Origin: an uncultured Lachnospiraceae bacterium
GTDB taxonomy: Bacteria; Bacillota; Clostridia; Christensenellales; UBA1242
Assembly: GCA_964400145.1 (NCBI GenBank)
Contig: CAYNTF010000005.1
Coordinates: 2,176 to 66,175 of the forward strand
Length of the DNA stretch: 64,000 nucleotides
Reading direction: 5' to 3'
The position numbers were made by a program, and so were the translations under genes. This document shows positions 8,196-17,652 of the stretch, one piece after another (the stretch's first letter is position 1; each line of letters begins with the position of its first letter). The notes under the pieces were generated by a model, which saw nothing but the letters and a program-made list of their open reading frames with translations, was not told the origin of the DNA and made no database searches.

Positions 8196-9283
8196 TCAAA
8201 GCCCAACATTGCCGTCAAACAAGTGGTTTCCAGAAGTAGACGCACAGAAAGGGTGTAGCGCAGTTCACTTTCCGCACTTGAAAAGACCTGCATATACCTT
8301 ATTAAATCTTTTTCCGAAAATCTATCTGCCTGCTCTTTGTATTTTGCAAAAACATCGTCAGGCAAATTGATGATTTCATTGGCATTTTGACAAGATTTGC
8401 ATACCAACAAGTTTCTTGCGTGTCTTGATAAGTCTTTTGAGAAAACTGCCAAATTTTTACCTTGTCTTTCAATTTCATCAATCAAACTCAGAACTCCACC
8501 AACATCTTTTTCACCAATCTTATCAAAGAAGTTCAGCATCAAGTCGTGGTCTATTGTTCCCAAAACACTCAGAGTCTTTTCTTTTGTGATGTCCCCTTGC
8601 GAGTATGACGCAATGCTGTCCGCGATTGAAAGCGTGTCCCGAACACTACCTTCGCCAGCACGCGCAATCAACTTCAAACTCTCTTCGTCATACTTGATTT
8701 TCTCTTTATCAAAAACTACGGAAAGATGTTTTGCAAGTTCGTCCACGCTGACAAGTCTGAAATCAAATCTCACACAGCGCGACAATATTGTTTGCGGAAG
8801 TTTGTGAACTTCAGTTGTCGCCAAAATGAAAATGACATAAGATGGTGGTTCTTCCAGCGTTTTCAGCAAAGCATTGAAAGCACTGTCTGAAAGCATATGC
8901 ACTTCGTCGACAATATAAACTTTATATTTTGCGCCAACAGGCATAAATTTCACTTTTTCGCGAATCTGGCGAATGTCATCCACTTTATTGTTCGACGCAG
9001 CATCAATTTCAATGATGTTTATGTCGTTTTCTTGTTCCAAATGTTTGCAGTTCTCACAAACTCCACAAGCCGACCCCTTCACAGGCGACAAACAGTTGAC
9101 GGAACGCGCAAAAATTTTTGCCACACTTGTCTTTCCCGTTCCGCGTGTGCCTGTAAAAAGATATGCATGTCCAATTTGGTCGTGCATAATCTGATTTTGA
9201 AGAGTCTTTGTGATGTGGTCCTGACCAATCACCTCGTCAAAAGTTTTAGGTCGATATTTTCTGTATAGTGCAATATGGTTCAT
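8180..9283 (-). CDS. dnaX: DNA polymerase III gamma/tau subunit; the frame-0 product (367 aa) covers clamp-loader domains I-III
   Basis: YRPKTFDEVIGQDHI, Walker A GTRGTGKTS, a Zn module CLSPVKGSACGVCENC, DEVHMLS, sensor/SRC region TILSRCVRFDF. It ends ...GTA AAA AAA AAC TGA. Confidence 0.95.
   Translation of the reverse strand: MNHIALYRKYRPKTFDEVIGQDHITKTLQNQIMHDQIGHAYLFTGTRGTGKTSVAKIFARSVNCLSPVKGSACGVCENCKHLEQENDINIIEIDAASNNKVDDIRQIREKVKFMPVGAKYKVYIVDEVHMLSDSAFNALLKTLEEPPSYVIFILATTEVHKLPQTILSRCVRFDFRLVSVDELAKHLSVVFDKEKIKYDEESLKLIARAGEGSVRDTLSIADSIASYSQGDITKEKTLSVLGTIDHDLMLNFFDKIGEKDVGGVLSLIDEIERQGKNLAVFSKDLSRHARNLLVCKSCQNANEIINLPDDVFAKYKEQADRFSEKDLIRYMQVFSSAESELRYTLSVRLLLETTCLTAMLGFEVKKN
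8184..8192 (-). other. A9 homopolymer (T9 on the + strand) slippery run at the dnaX frame junction
   Basis: GTA AAA AAA AAC TGA contains the A AAA AAC / A AAA AAA heptamers, and the frame-0 stop follows immediately. Confidence 0.6.
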
Positions 9284-9372
9284 GCTTATCCTTTTATTTT
9301 TTTCGTTTTTTTATAGATTTTTGTTGTAAATTTCTCATTTTTTATAAAAATTTCACTTTTTTCGCACTGAAA

Positions 9373-10122
9373 TCAATAATTTTCACGGCAAATAACAACA
9401 AAATTGTCCACATCCAAGCACGCGCCACCAATCAAAACACCGTCAATAGCAGGGTTGGAGATGATTTTGGTGTGATTGTTCAGATTTATGCTTCCGCCAT
9501 ATACAACCTTGATGTTCTTCCCCGCTTTGATTGAATATTGTTGCTCAATTTCTTTTCTGATGACATCAGCCATTTTTGTGATATCTTTGTTGGTGGCATT
9601 TTTGCCTGTGCCAATCGCCCAAATTGGTTCATAGGCAATGATTACACTTTCAAGTTCGTTTTCATAAATACCTTTAAGGTCATCGTCAATCTGCTTACGA
9701 ACAAACGCACATGCCTGTTTGTTTTCCCGAGTTTGCAAACTTTCGCCAACGCATAAAACAACTTTCAAGCCGTTTGCCAGCGCCGTTTTGATTTTTTTGT
9801 TGATAAGTCTGTCGCTTTCTTTGAATTTGTTACGCCTGTCTGAGTGACCCAAAATGACATAGTCCGCTCCCAAATCTTTGATCATACTTGCACTTATTTC
9901 ACCCGTGAATGAGCCTTTCTCCTCACCCGAAATATTTTGCGCTCCAACTGCAACCTTACTGCCACCCAAAAATTCTTTTGCAACTGCCAAATGTGTGAAA
10001 GGTGGACAAATTATAATGTCGTTTTTTGTCGATTTTGTTTTTGTTGCAAGTGCCATTGCATAAGTTTTAAATTCGCTTGGAACAGTGTTCATTTTGAAAT
10101 TTCCAATAATAATTTTTTTCAT
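9373..10122 (-). CDS. tpiA: Triosephosphate isomerase
   Basis: MKKIIIGNFKMN, GAQN, ILGHSDRR, AYEPIWAIGTG, YGGS. AAGGAGAG Shine-Dalgarno before the ATG at 10122; the track start at 10146 is upstream of it. Confidence 0.95.
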   Translation of the reverse strand: MKKIIIGNFKMNTVPSEFKTYAMALATKTKSTKNDIIICPPFTHLAVAKEFLGGSKVAVGAQNISGEEKGSFTGEISASMIKDLGADYVILGHSDRRNKFKESDRLINKKIKTALANGLKVVLCVGESLQTRENKQACAFVRKQIDDDLKGIYENELESVIIAYEPIWAIGTGKNATNKDITKMADVIRKEIEQQYSIKAGKNIKVVYGGSINLNNHTKIISNPAIDGVLIGGACLDVDNFVVICRENY

Positions 10123-10158
10123 GGTCACTCTCCTTTTATTAAACAAATCAATTTCTTT

Positions 10159-11331
10159 CTATCTCACAATGTCAATAACTTCCACGGCCGGCAATGTTTT
10201 GCCTTCCATGAGTTTCAAACTTGCTCCACCGCCTGTGGAAAGATGGTTGATTTTGTCCGCAACACCACACAGATTGACTGCGCTGACACTGTCACCACCA
10301 CCAACAATGGAATATGCTGTCGATTTTGCAACCGCTTTTGCAATCTTCATTGTGCCTTTGCTGAATGCAATCTCTTCATATTTCCCCATTGGACCATTCC
10401 AAATGATTTGTTGCGCCTTCAAAATTTCGTTCGTAAACAATTTTATGGTCTTTGGACCTATGTCAAGCGCGGTCATATTGTCCGCAATTTCATTCACCTT
10501 GACTGCCCTATCTTTGTTGCCAATTTTCACCAAGTGGTCGATTGGAAGCAAAATCTTGATGTTTTTCTCTTTTGCAGTTTGCAAAATTTGTTTGGCATTC
10601 TCAACCAAATTTTTCTCGCAAATGGAATTCCCAACACAATGCCCTTGCGCGAATAAGAAAGTGTATGCCATGCCACCACCGATGATGATTGTGTCTGCAA
10701 TATTCATGACATTGTTAATCAAATTCAACTTGTCACTCACCTTTGCTCCACCAAAAATCGCCACAAATTGATGTTTTGGATTTTTGAATGCTTGTTCAAA
10801 AACCTGCAATTCTTTTTCTATCAAAAAGCCTATTGCGCTTGGCATTTTGAGCGCCACGCCATAGTTTGACGCGTGCTTTCTGTGCGCCACGCCAAAGGCA
10901 TCGTCAACATATATTTCCGCAAGTTCACTCAATTTTTTGACAAATGTTGGAGAATTTTCTTCTTCGCCTTCATGAAAGCGCAAATTTTCCAGCAAAATGA
11001 TATCTCCATCCTTCATTTTGGAGATTGCTGAATCCACTTCGGCACCGTAAATCTTGTTGCAAAACTTCACTTTGTTTGGAAAATATTTCATAAGACGAAC
11101 CGCAACAGGAAAGAGCGACAAAAATTTGTCATAGCCCTTTGGTCGCCCCAAGTGAGAGCACAAAATCAATTTTGCGCCTTGTTCCGAAAGGTAAGAAATC
11201 GTTGGAATGGCAGCCACAATGCGAGTGTCATCCAAAATATCTCCCCAATGGTCCAAAGGAACATTAAAATCGCAACGAACAAGCACACGCTTGCCTTTCA
11301 AATCTTTTAAATCTCTTATCGTTCTTTTCAT
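10159..11331 (-). CDS. pgk: Phosphoglycerate kinase
   Basis: VRCDFNVPL, SHLGRPKG, FGGAKVSDK, NGPMG, GGGDS, STGGGASL. The start could be ATG 11331 or TTG 11343. Confidence 0.95.
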   Translation of the reverse strand: MKRTIRDLKDLKGKRVLVRCDFNVPLDHWGDILDDTRIVAAIPTISYLSEQGAKLILCSHLGRPKGYDKFLSLFPVAVRLMKYFPNKVKFCNKIYGAEVDSAISKMKDGDIILLENLRFHEGEEENSPTFVKKLSELAEIYVDDAFGVAHRKHASNYGVALKMPSAIGFLIEKELQVFEQAFKNPKHQFVAIFGGAKVSDKLNLINNVMNIADTIIIGGGMAYTFLFAQGHCVGNSICEKNLVENAKQILQTAKEKNIKILLPIDHLVKIGNKDRAVKVNEIADNMTALDIGPKTIKLFTNEILKAQQIIWNGPMGKYEEIAFSKGTMKIAKAVAKSTAYSIVGGGDSVSAVNLCGVADKINHLSTGGGASLKLMEGKTLPAVEVIDIVR

Positions 11332-11544
11332 ATCATAGTCCAACCTTTTTACATTTATAATTTTACACCATTTGAAAGATATTTCAAAACATTTTTAAAG
11401 AAAAATAAAATGCAAATCAAGCAAATCAAATTTACACGCACCTTATGCACCCCAAAGCAAATTGGATTGTCAACGCATTAAGTTTTTTAAATCCTTTAAG
11501 GCACAACTTTATAACATATAAACCGATCAACTTTGATACATTCT

Positions 11545-12480
11545 CTACATAACCGTTGCCATGTATGCGTCTTCCAAAATTTTCAGTGCTTGATCAACAT
11601 CTTCGCAAGTGGCGAGTTTAAGTCGCAAATTGGACGCCATTGTAAGCCCACCAGCATACCACAAAAGGTGTTTTCTTATATACTTTTTAAGCCAATTTTC
11701 GCTGAAATGTTCACGCAAGATGGAAATATGTTTTCGCACAGCCTCAACTTTTTCTTCGACTGTCACCTTTTCGCCTTTAAGTTCGGCAAAAAGCCATGGC
11801 TTGCCAAGCGCTCCACGACCAATCATAACGCCGTCCACACCAATTTGCTTCATAGTTGCCAAACTTTCCGCATCGACAACATCGCCACTTCCAACCACAT
11901 CAATATGAAGTTTTGCTTTAACCTTGGCAAGCGCCTCCCAATCGGAATGTCCGCTGTATCCTTGCGCCACAGTTCGTGGATGAAAAGTGATATAGTCAGC
12001 ACCGCAATCTTCACACATTTGTGCGAAATCAAGATAGTTCTCTTGTTTGTAACCTTTTCTGAATTTCACTGAAACAGGTTTGTCTGTGGAATTTTTGACC
12101 GCCGAAATAATCTTCCCCGCAAGAGAAAGATTGTCCATAAGAGAAGCACCTTCGCCATTTCTGATGATTTTTGGCGCAGGACAGCCCATGTTTATATCAA
12201 ACCCATCAAATTTTTCTAGTAACGGATTTTTCACAGCGCGCGCCATAACATCTTCTTCATGTCCAAAAATTTGCGCAATCTTGATTTTCTCATCTTTGGT
12301 CGTCAAGGTCATCGACATCGTCTTTTGTGGATTGTGCTCCATTGCTCTTGCCGAAAGCATCTCAGTGAAAGTGACATCAGCACCAAACTGTGAACAAACA
12401 GCTCTAAATCCAACATCCGTAACGCCAGCCATTGGCGCCAGCATGACAGGGTCTTTGATTTCAATATCTCCAATTTTCAT
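11545..12480 (-). CDS. dus: tRNA-dihydrouridine synthase (DusB family)
   Basis: LAPMAGVTDVGFR, GFDINMGCPAPK, FRKG, ITFHPRT, and a C-terminal helical domain. Confidence 0.9.
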   Translation of the reverse strand: MKIGDIEIKDPVMLAPMAGVTDVGFRAVCSQFGADVTFTEMLSARAMEHNPQKTMSMTLTTKDEKIKIAQIFGHEEDVMARAVKNPLLEKFDGFDINMGCPAPKIIRNGEGASLMDNLSLAGKIISAVKNSTDKPVSVKFRKGYKQENYLDFAQMCEDCGADYITFHPRTVAQGYSGHSDWEALAKVKAKLHIDVVGSGDVVDAESLATMKQIGVDGVMIGRGALGKPWLFAELKGEKVTVEEKVEAVRKHISILREHFSENWLKKYIRKHLLWYAGGLTMASNLRLKLATCEDVDQALKILEDAYMATVM

Positions 12481-12486
12481 AAAAAT

Positions 12487-12515
12487 ATAATATCACAATT
12501 TAACAACCAATTCAA
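12487..12515 (-). promoter_or_regulatory. Candidate promoter TTGAAT-17-TGaTATTAT, 6 nt before the dus ATG
   Basis: On the minus strand, -35 is TTGAAT (12510-12515) and the extended -10 is TGATATTAT (hexamer 12487-12492). ATTTTT then precedes the ATG (12478-12480). No Shine-Dalgarno. Confidence 0.45.
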
Positions 12516-12880
12516 AACTCTTTATTTGATTTTCAAAAATGTTTATAAAAATATATTGAAAAATAAAATTCCTAAAATCAAAAATTTGTAAAAAGAAAAA
12601 AAATTTGTGATAGAAAATTTTAAAAATAAAAAACAATTTATTGTGAAAATAATGAGATGTGTAAAACATAAAAAATAAAATAAATAAAATATAAAAAATA
12701 AAAATTATGAAAAAAATATAAAAACATCAAAATTATAGCGAAAATGCATTAAAAACATTAAAAAAACACAAAAAAATCGATTTTTTTGCATTTTTATGTT
12801 GTTTTTTTGTTTTTTAGACTTTAAATTTTCATTTTTTTATAAATAATTTTCTTTGATTTTGCGTCATTTTTTCGTGAAAA

Positions 12881-13477
12881 TTATTCAACAATTTTTTCGT
12901 CCAAATATGTAGCCATAAAGTCAGCGATGTGAAAAAGAAAAGCAGTTGGATATTTATAAAAAACTTCGCTCAATATATTTGGACTGCCCGTGCCTCGACT
13001 GTCAAATGCACCCATGTGCCAATTTATCGCCATGGCTTCTTCGCGCGTCAAACGCATGAATCCAGAAATCATATAAACCGATTTTTCGCCATGCCCATAC
13101 GGCAGAGAATCGTAGTATTTATAATATGGCTTCTGAACCCATTGTCCGTCCACTTTGACATTACGCATATCAACAGTATATGTGTTCACTTTGCAAATGT
13201 CGTGCAAAAGTCCGATGATTGCCACACTCTCCGCAGAAATCACCTGCGTCCAATTTTCGCCGTATTCACTCTGCAAAAGTTTGACGAAACGCTTATACAC
13301 ATTTATACTGTGAAGGCAAAGCCCACCTTCAAAATTTGAGTGGCGTCGCCCAGACGCTGGCGCGCTGAAAAAATCTGTCTTTTCAAGATATTCCAGCAAC
13401 TCTTCGGCGCCTTCCCGCTCAATATTTTCATAAAAGATTTCCAAAAATTCCGCTTTTGTTTCTTCAACATTTTCCAT
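12881..13477 (-). CDS. HD-domain metal-dependent phosphohydrolase
   Basis: ...APASGRRHSNFEGGLCLHS...IIGLLHDICK...GHGEKS...HIADFMA. AGGAGT Shine-Dalgarno. Confidence 0.65.
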   Translation of the reverse strand: MENVEETKAEFLEIFYENIEREGAEELLEYLEKTDFFSAPASGRRHSNFEGGLCLHSINVYKRFVKLLQSEYGENWTQVISAESVAIIGLLHDICKVNTYTVDMRNVKVDGQWVQKPYYKYYDSLPYGHGEKSVYMISGFMRLTREEAMAINWHMGAFDSRGTGSPNILSEVFYKYPTAFLFHIADFMATYLDEKIVE

Positions 13478-13558
13478 AATAGTTACTCCTGTTTTTTCAT
13501 ATGTTTTTCATTTGATTTTGTCAAACAAAAAATTGGTTGCATTTCCATCACTTCCATT

Positions 13559-14491
13559 TTAACAATAAAGTATGCCAAAAATCAAATAATAAAGCGCATT
13601 TTCCACCTGCATTTGACCATTTTTGATGTAAAAATCAACATCGTTGAGCATTTCGTATATATTTTTTAGTTGCAATTTGGAAAAATTCTTTGCAAGCGTT
13701 CTTGCTTTCATGACGGCAAACTCTTTCACCGACAAAAGTTCCGAAAGTTCTTTGTCTTGCAAATTGGAAACTGCCACAAAAAACAACCGTCTGAAATGAT
13801 TAAGTATCAGCGAAAATGTTTTTGTGTCCTTATCCATCAAACTCAAAAGCGTCACTGCCTTGTCCGCATTTCGCTTGGACAGCGCGTCGGTCAATTCAAA
13901 AACGGTAAATTCCGTTTCTTTGCAAACCAAACTTTCAATCTCTCTTTCAGTTATTTGAAAGGCATCACATGCAATCAATTTTTCAAGTTCGTTTTTAATC
14001 AATGAATAATAACCGCAACACGCTTCAATAAGATTTTGACATGCGTCACGGGTTATGTTCTTTTCGTGCTTTTCCAATTCGGCACGAATCAAACCTTGCA
14101 AACTTGCATCATCCAACCTTTTTGCACTCACCTTTTCAGCAATGAGAAAGTCAAATTTGTTGAAAAAGTCAAAAATAACAAGGCAAGTGCTTGGAACAGA
14201 CGCTTTGAGATATGCAACAAGATTCTTTTTGAAAGCGTCCGATATTTTGGTGATATTTTTCAACAAAATAATTTTCTTATCACTTCCGATTGGCAATGTT
14301 TCGCAAGCATCAATCACCGCGTCACCGTCAAAAGAATCTTCGTCAAAGACGATGAAATTAAACTCTTCCAAAGTCAAATTGCAAGCGCTTTTGATAAGTT
14401 CCAAAGCGCGCGAATAAAGAAGTATGTCTTCCCCCTGAACAACATAGCACGGCTCAATTTTTTTTGTCAATCTTGTTTTTAATGTTTTCAA
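13559..14491 (-). CDS. holA: DNA polymerase III delta subunit
   Basis: Right size, PCYVVQGEDILLY N-terminus, helical C-terminal domains, and the conserved comEC-holA arrangement. I prefer the TTG at 14489-14491 (GGAGGTG, 6 nt, TTG, forming a TTGA overlap with the comEC stop). The track start is 14506. Confidence 0.7.
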   Translation of the reverse strand: MKTLKTRLTKKIEPCYVVQGEDILLYSRALELIKSACNLTLEEFNFIVFDEDSFDGDAVIDACETLPIGSDKKIILLKNITKISDAFKKNLVAYLKASVPSTCLVIFDFFNKFDFLIAEKVSAKRLDDASLQGLIRAELEKHEKNITRDACQNLIEACCGYYSLIKNELEKLIACDAFQITEREIESLVCKETEFTVFELTDALSKRNADKAVTLLSLMDKDTKTFSLILNHFRRLFFVAVSNLQDKELSELLSVKEFAVMKARTLAKNFSKLQLKNIYEMLNDVDFYIKNGQMQVENALYYLIFGILYC

Positions 14492-16608
14492 TCTATACAC
14501 CTCCAAATGTAATTTTTCCCGCTTATATCGTATGCCACATTCCCGCTTGTTTCAAATGCAGAATCTGCAACATCGCAAGAATAGTATGTCAAAAATATGG
14601 AACTTTCGTCAAAATAAGAAGCATATTCGTCATGCTTGCCCAAAATGACAAAATCATAATTCTCTATCGGCAGAGTGGAAAGTTGAGTTTCCGTCAATGT
14701 CCAATCTCTCAGAATAAACACCGTGGTGTCATCAAACGAGATTTCCAAACCAATCATACGCGTGCCATAGCCACGATAGACAAACGAAAACCCGCCCACA
14801 GAAGCGCTTTCATTCAATTCGACCAGAACTTCGTTGTCATACCCTTGACCTTCGTCGGCACGAATCAATGTTTCCACGCCAATTTCTTCTGCGGAATCAA
14901 TCAAAACCGTTGTTTTTTGCAACACAAAAGCAGTTGTTATCTTTTCAATTCCAAGCGAAATCAACAAATTTCTGGTGAAACTCTCACTGCCAAAATCAAC
15001 AATCACCGATTCTCCACTGCTGTTGGTCAACAAAACAACGCTGTATGAATTGTTATAGCAATAGACCAAAGCCGAACCGACCGGAAATTGTATGTAACTT
15101 ATGCCAAACAAAATTCCACTCAGCGCAAAGACAGCAGAACAACTGACCACTCTCACTTTTTTGCTTGTCATAAAAAAGTAACTTGCAAGGAAGAAGAACA
15201 CAAACATGCTCGCAACAAAAAATATGTCGAAAGGCTCCACTGTTGTTTTCAAACTTGTATCGCCAAAAAATTTGGCAATATACTCGACGGCATAAAAACC
15301 GTATCCGCAAAATTTTAATAGAAAAGCCAAAAACGGCAACGCTGAAACCATCAAAACCAAGACAAAAAGGACGGGATATAACACCGAGAAAAATGGTATC
15401 ACAATCAGATTAACAAAGAATGAAAGCACATTGAATGTTCCACTGATCATACCCAAAAATGGCAAAATGCCAACTTCCACTCCGATTGAAACGGCGAACG
15501 ATTTTGCAACATATTTTGGAAATATTTTTCCAAAAACTCTTGTTAGCCAAGGCGCAATGATATAGATTGACATAACCGAAAAGAACGACATCAAAAAGCC
15601 AACATCAAGCGCCGACAGTGGTGAAAAAATCAAAATCACAAGTCCTGCAAAGCCCAAAGATGAAAGTCCGTCATAGCACTTTCCAGAAATTCGTGTGAAG
15701 AAGAGCACCAAGCCCATTATTCCTGCGCGCAAAATGGAAGGTGAGAAACTGCAAAAAGTGGCATACACTCCCAAAAACACCAAGCAAATCAAAAAGTTTA
15801 TGACGCCTTTAATCTTACATTTTTTGAGCACCCAACCCAAAAGCCCAATCAAGAAAGTGACATGCAAACCACTGACTGTCAGAAGATGAATTATCCCCGC
15901 TGATTTGTATGTTGAATAAACAGTGTCATCAACATCGTTTTTGTCGCTGAAAAGCACAGCATAGGCCACGGCGCCCGTATCTTCACCCATGGTTTCATAG
16001 AGAAGAGATTTGATTTTTAACCTAAAACTCTCAATCAAGGTCACAGAGTTACCTTGAAATTCCACTTCGTCGATGTCAATCGAAGCGGTGTAAGGTGTTC
16101 GGTCGCGATAATAATAACTGTTAAACGAGCCAAGCGTGAAAAGTTTGACTTTTTGCACATTAGTAGTGAAAGAAATTATGTCGCCGACAGAAAAATCGTC
16201 TTCACTGTCAAAACTTATTGTAAGCGAGATGTTCCCCGCGCTTTCACCATCGATTGTGACATCTTTCAAAATGACCGTCGCACTTCCGCCATATGTGGAA
16301 TAATCGACATCATCTGAAATTCTGCCGACAACTTGCACCTGCCCTGTGTATGTCTTTCCTTCAAAAGTGGACAGACCAACAAAAAACCACCCAAGCCCAA
16401 GTGTGAATACGCAAAGAATGACAATCAAAATTTTGAAATGTTTTGTCCACATTGCATATGCGAAAAAAATAAACAAAAGCACAGCGTCAAAAATTATATA
16501 TTTCAAATTCCCGTCAAAAATAAATTTTGCTGTTGCAATCGCCAGCAAAAAGGAAAGAAAAGCGTAAAAAAGTGGTCGTGAGTTGAAATATTTTTTCTTT
16601 TCGTTCAT
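14488..16608 (-). CDS. comEC: ComEC/Rec2-family DNA-uptake channel protein with a degenerate C-terminal metallo-beta-lactamase-like domain
   Basis: N-terminal TM helices plus an OB-like segment, a competence domain (IIHLLTVSGLHVTFLIGLLG...) and many TM helices. The C-terminal about 235 aa lack HxHxDH. Confidence 0.85.
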   Translation of the reverse strand: MNEKKKYFNSRPLFYAFLSFLLAIATAKFIFDGNLKYIIFDAVLLFIFFAYAMWTKHFKILIVILCVFTLGLGWFFVGLSTFEGKTYTGQVQVVGRISDDVDYSTYGGSATVILKDVTIDGESAGNISLTISFDSEDDFSVGDIISFTTNVQKVKLFTLGSFNSYYYRDRTPYTASIDIDEVEFQGNSVTLIESFRLKIKSLLYETMGEDTGAVAYAVLFSDKNDVDDTVYSTYKSAGIIHLLTVSGLHVTFLIGLLGWVLKKCKIKGVINFLICLVFLGVYATFCSFSPSILRAGIMGLVLFFTRISGKCYDGLSSLGFAGLVILIFSPLSALDVGFLMSFFSVMSIYIIAPWLTRVFGKIFPKYVAKSFAVSIGVEVGILPFLGMISGTFNVLSFFVNLIVIPFFSVLYPVLFVLVLMVSALPFLAFLLKFCGYGFYAVEYIAKFFGDTSLKTTVEPFDIFFVASMFVFFFLASYFFMTSKKVRVVSCSAVFALSGILFGISYIQFPVGSALVYCYNNSYSVVLLTNSSGESVIVDFGSESFTRNLLISLGIEKITTAFVLQKTTVLIDSAEEIGVETLIRADEGQGYDNEVLVELNESASVGGFSFVYRGYGTRMIGLEISFDDTTVFILRDWTLTETQLSTLPIENYDFVILGKHDEYASYFDESSIFLTYYSCDVADSAFETSGNVAYDISGKNYIWRCID

Positions 16609-16721
16609 GATTCACAAAAATGATATCACAAAACGACATTTTTTGCAAATCAATTTTATGTCAACACAATTATAAAATCATTTTATCAAACGCACTTGCA
16701 ATCAATTTTGCAACACTTTTT

Positions 16722-17555
16722 TCAATCAACTATCGACTTTTGTTTTCGATTTTTCATCACAAAATAAGCGATAAGCATGCCAGCAATCACCACCACAAGC
16801 GCGCTTAAATACCAAATTGGTGTGTTGATATACGAAACATAAAATGTTATGGTGCTGTTCTCTTCAATCTCGGCAAGCGACTTGATGAAAACATTGTGAT
16901 GAAAATCATCATCGTCATACATCACTTCTGACTTCAAACTGCTGGAAGTTGAAGCATAGTCATAAATGAAGTTCGAACTCTCCAAAATTTCCAAGAATTC
17001 TTCACTCTCGCGCTCGGCATTTGCGCACCACGCTTGAATTGCCATGGAACATATAAGTTTCAAGTTTTCTGCTGCTGTTGTGCTGATTGGAAAACTTATT
17101 GTCATCTCCATTTTCTTAACAAAAAATCCAGAAATTGAAGTGTCAGAGTCTGAACTGTCCTCATCGCTGACATCAAAAAATTCTTTTTGCGCGTCAATAC
17201 TGTCGAAAGTTATGGAAAAACCAAGTGCGTCCACATCTGTGAAATAAAGACAGCCCGAAACTTGCACTCCATCCCCTGCCTTGTCACGATTTTGTTGCGC
17301 AAGAGCGTTGATATAAGTGGCAAGATAGAATTTGTAAGTTTTGATTTCGCTTTCAGTCACACCCAAATTTTCAAAAAGCGCAGAGTTGACAGGGAATGTG
17401 TATGAAACAACAATTTTTCCATCTGAATCTGCTTGTCTGATTATTCGAAAAGCATTTGTCTGATAGACATCCACCTGTGATGTGCTTTCGTTGCATCCAA
17501 CACAAACAAAAAGACAAATGAAGATTAAAAAAAGAGATAAAATCGATTTTTTCAT
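16722..17555 (-). CDS. Hypothetical lipoprotein with an additional C-terminal TM helix
   Basis: MKKSILSLFLIFICLFVCVGC (lipobox VGC), an acidic middle region, and a C-terminal TPIWYLSALVVVIAGMLIAYFVMKNRKQK. It lies 97 nt downstream of the giant lipoprotein gene on the same strand. Confidence 0.6.
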   Translation of the reverse strand: MKKSILSLFLIFICLFVCVGCNESTSQVDVYQTNAFRIIRQADSDGKIVVSYTFPVNSALFENLGVTESEIKTYKFYLATYINALAQQNRDKAGDGVQVSGCLYFTDVDALGFSITFDSIDAQKEFFDVSDEDSSDSDTSISGFFVKKMEMTISFPISTTAAENLKLICSMAIQAWCANAERESEEFLEILESSNFIYDYASTSSSLKSEVMYDDDDFHHNVFIKSLAEIEENSTITFYVSYINTPIWYLSALVVVIAGMLIAYFVMKNRKQKSIVD

Positions 17556-17652
17556 AATCTATTTATACTCTTTTTTTATCCTGAATATTCTTTTGTTGAT
17601 GTTTAGGCAAATTCATGCCATGACATCGCATAATTTATTGAAATTGCAAATT

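Noticed and set aside
9937-10771. Two long + strand ORFs (239 aa and 228 aa)
   Set aside because: They are antisense to pgk and tpiA, whose minus-strand translations carry unambiguous catalytic motifs. The + strand products are Cys/Phe-rich nonsense.
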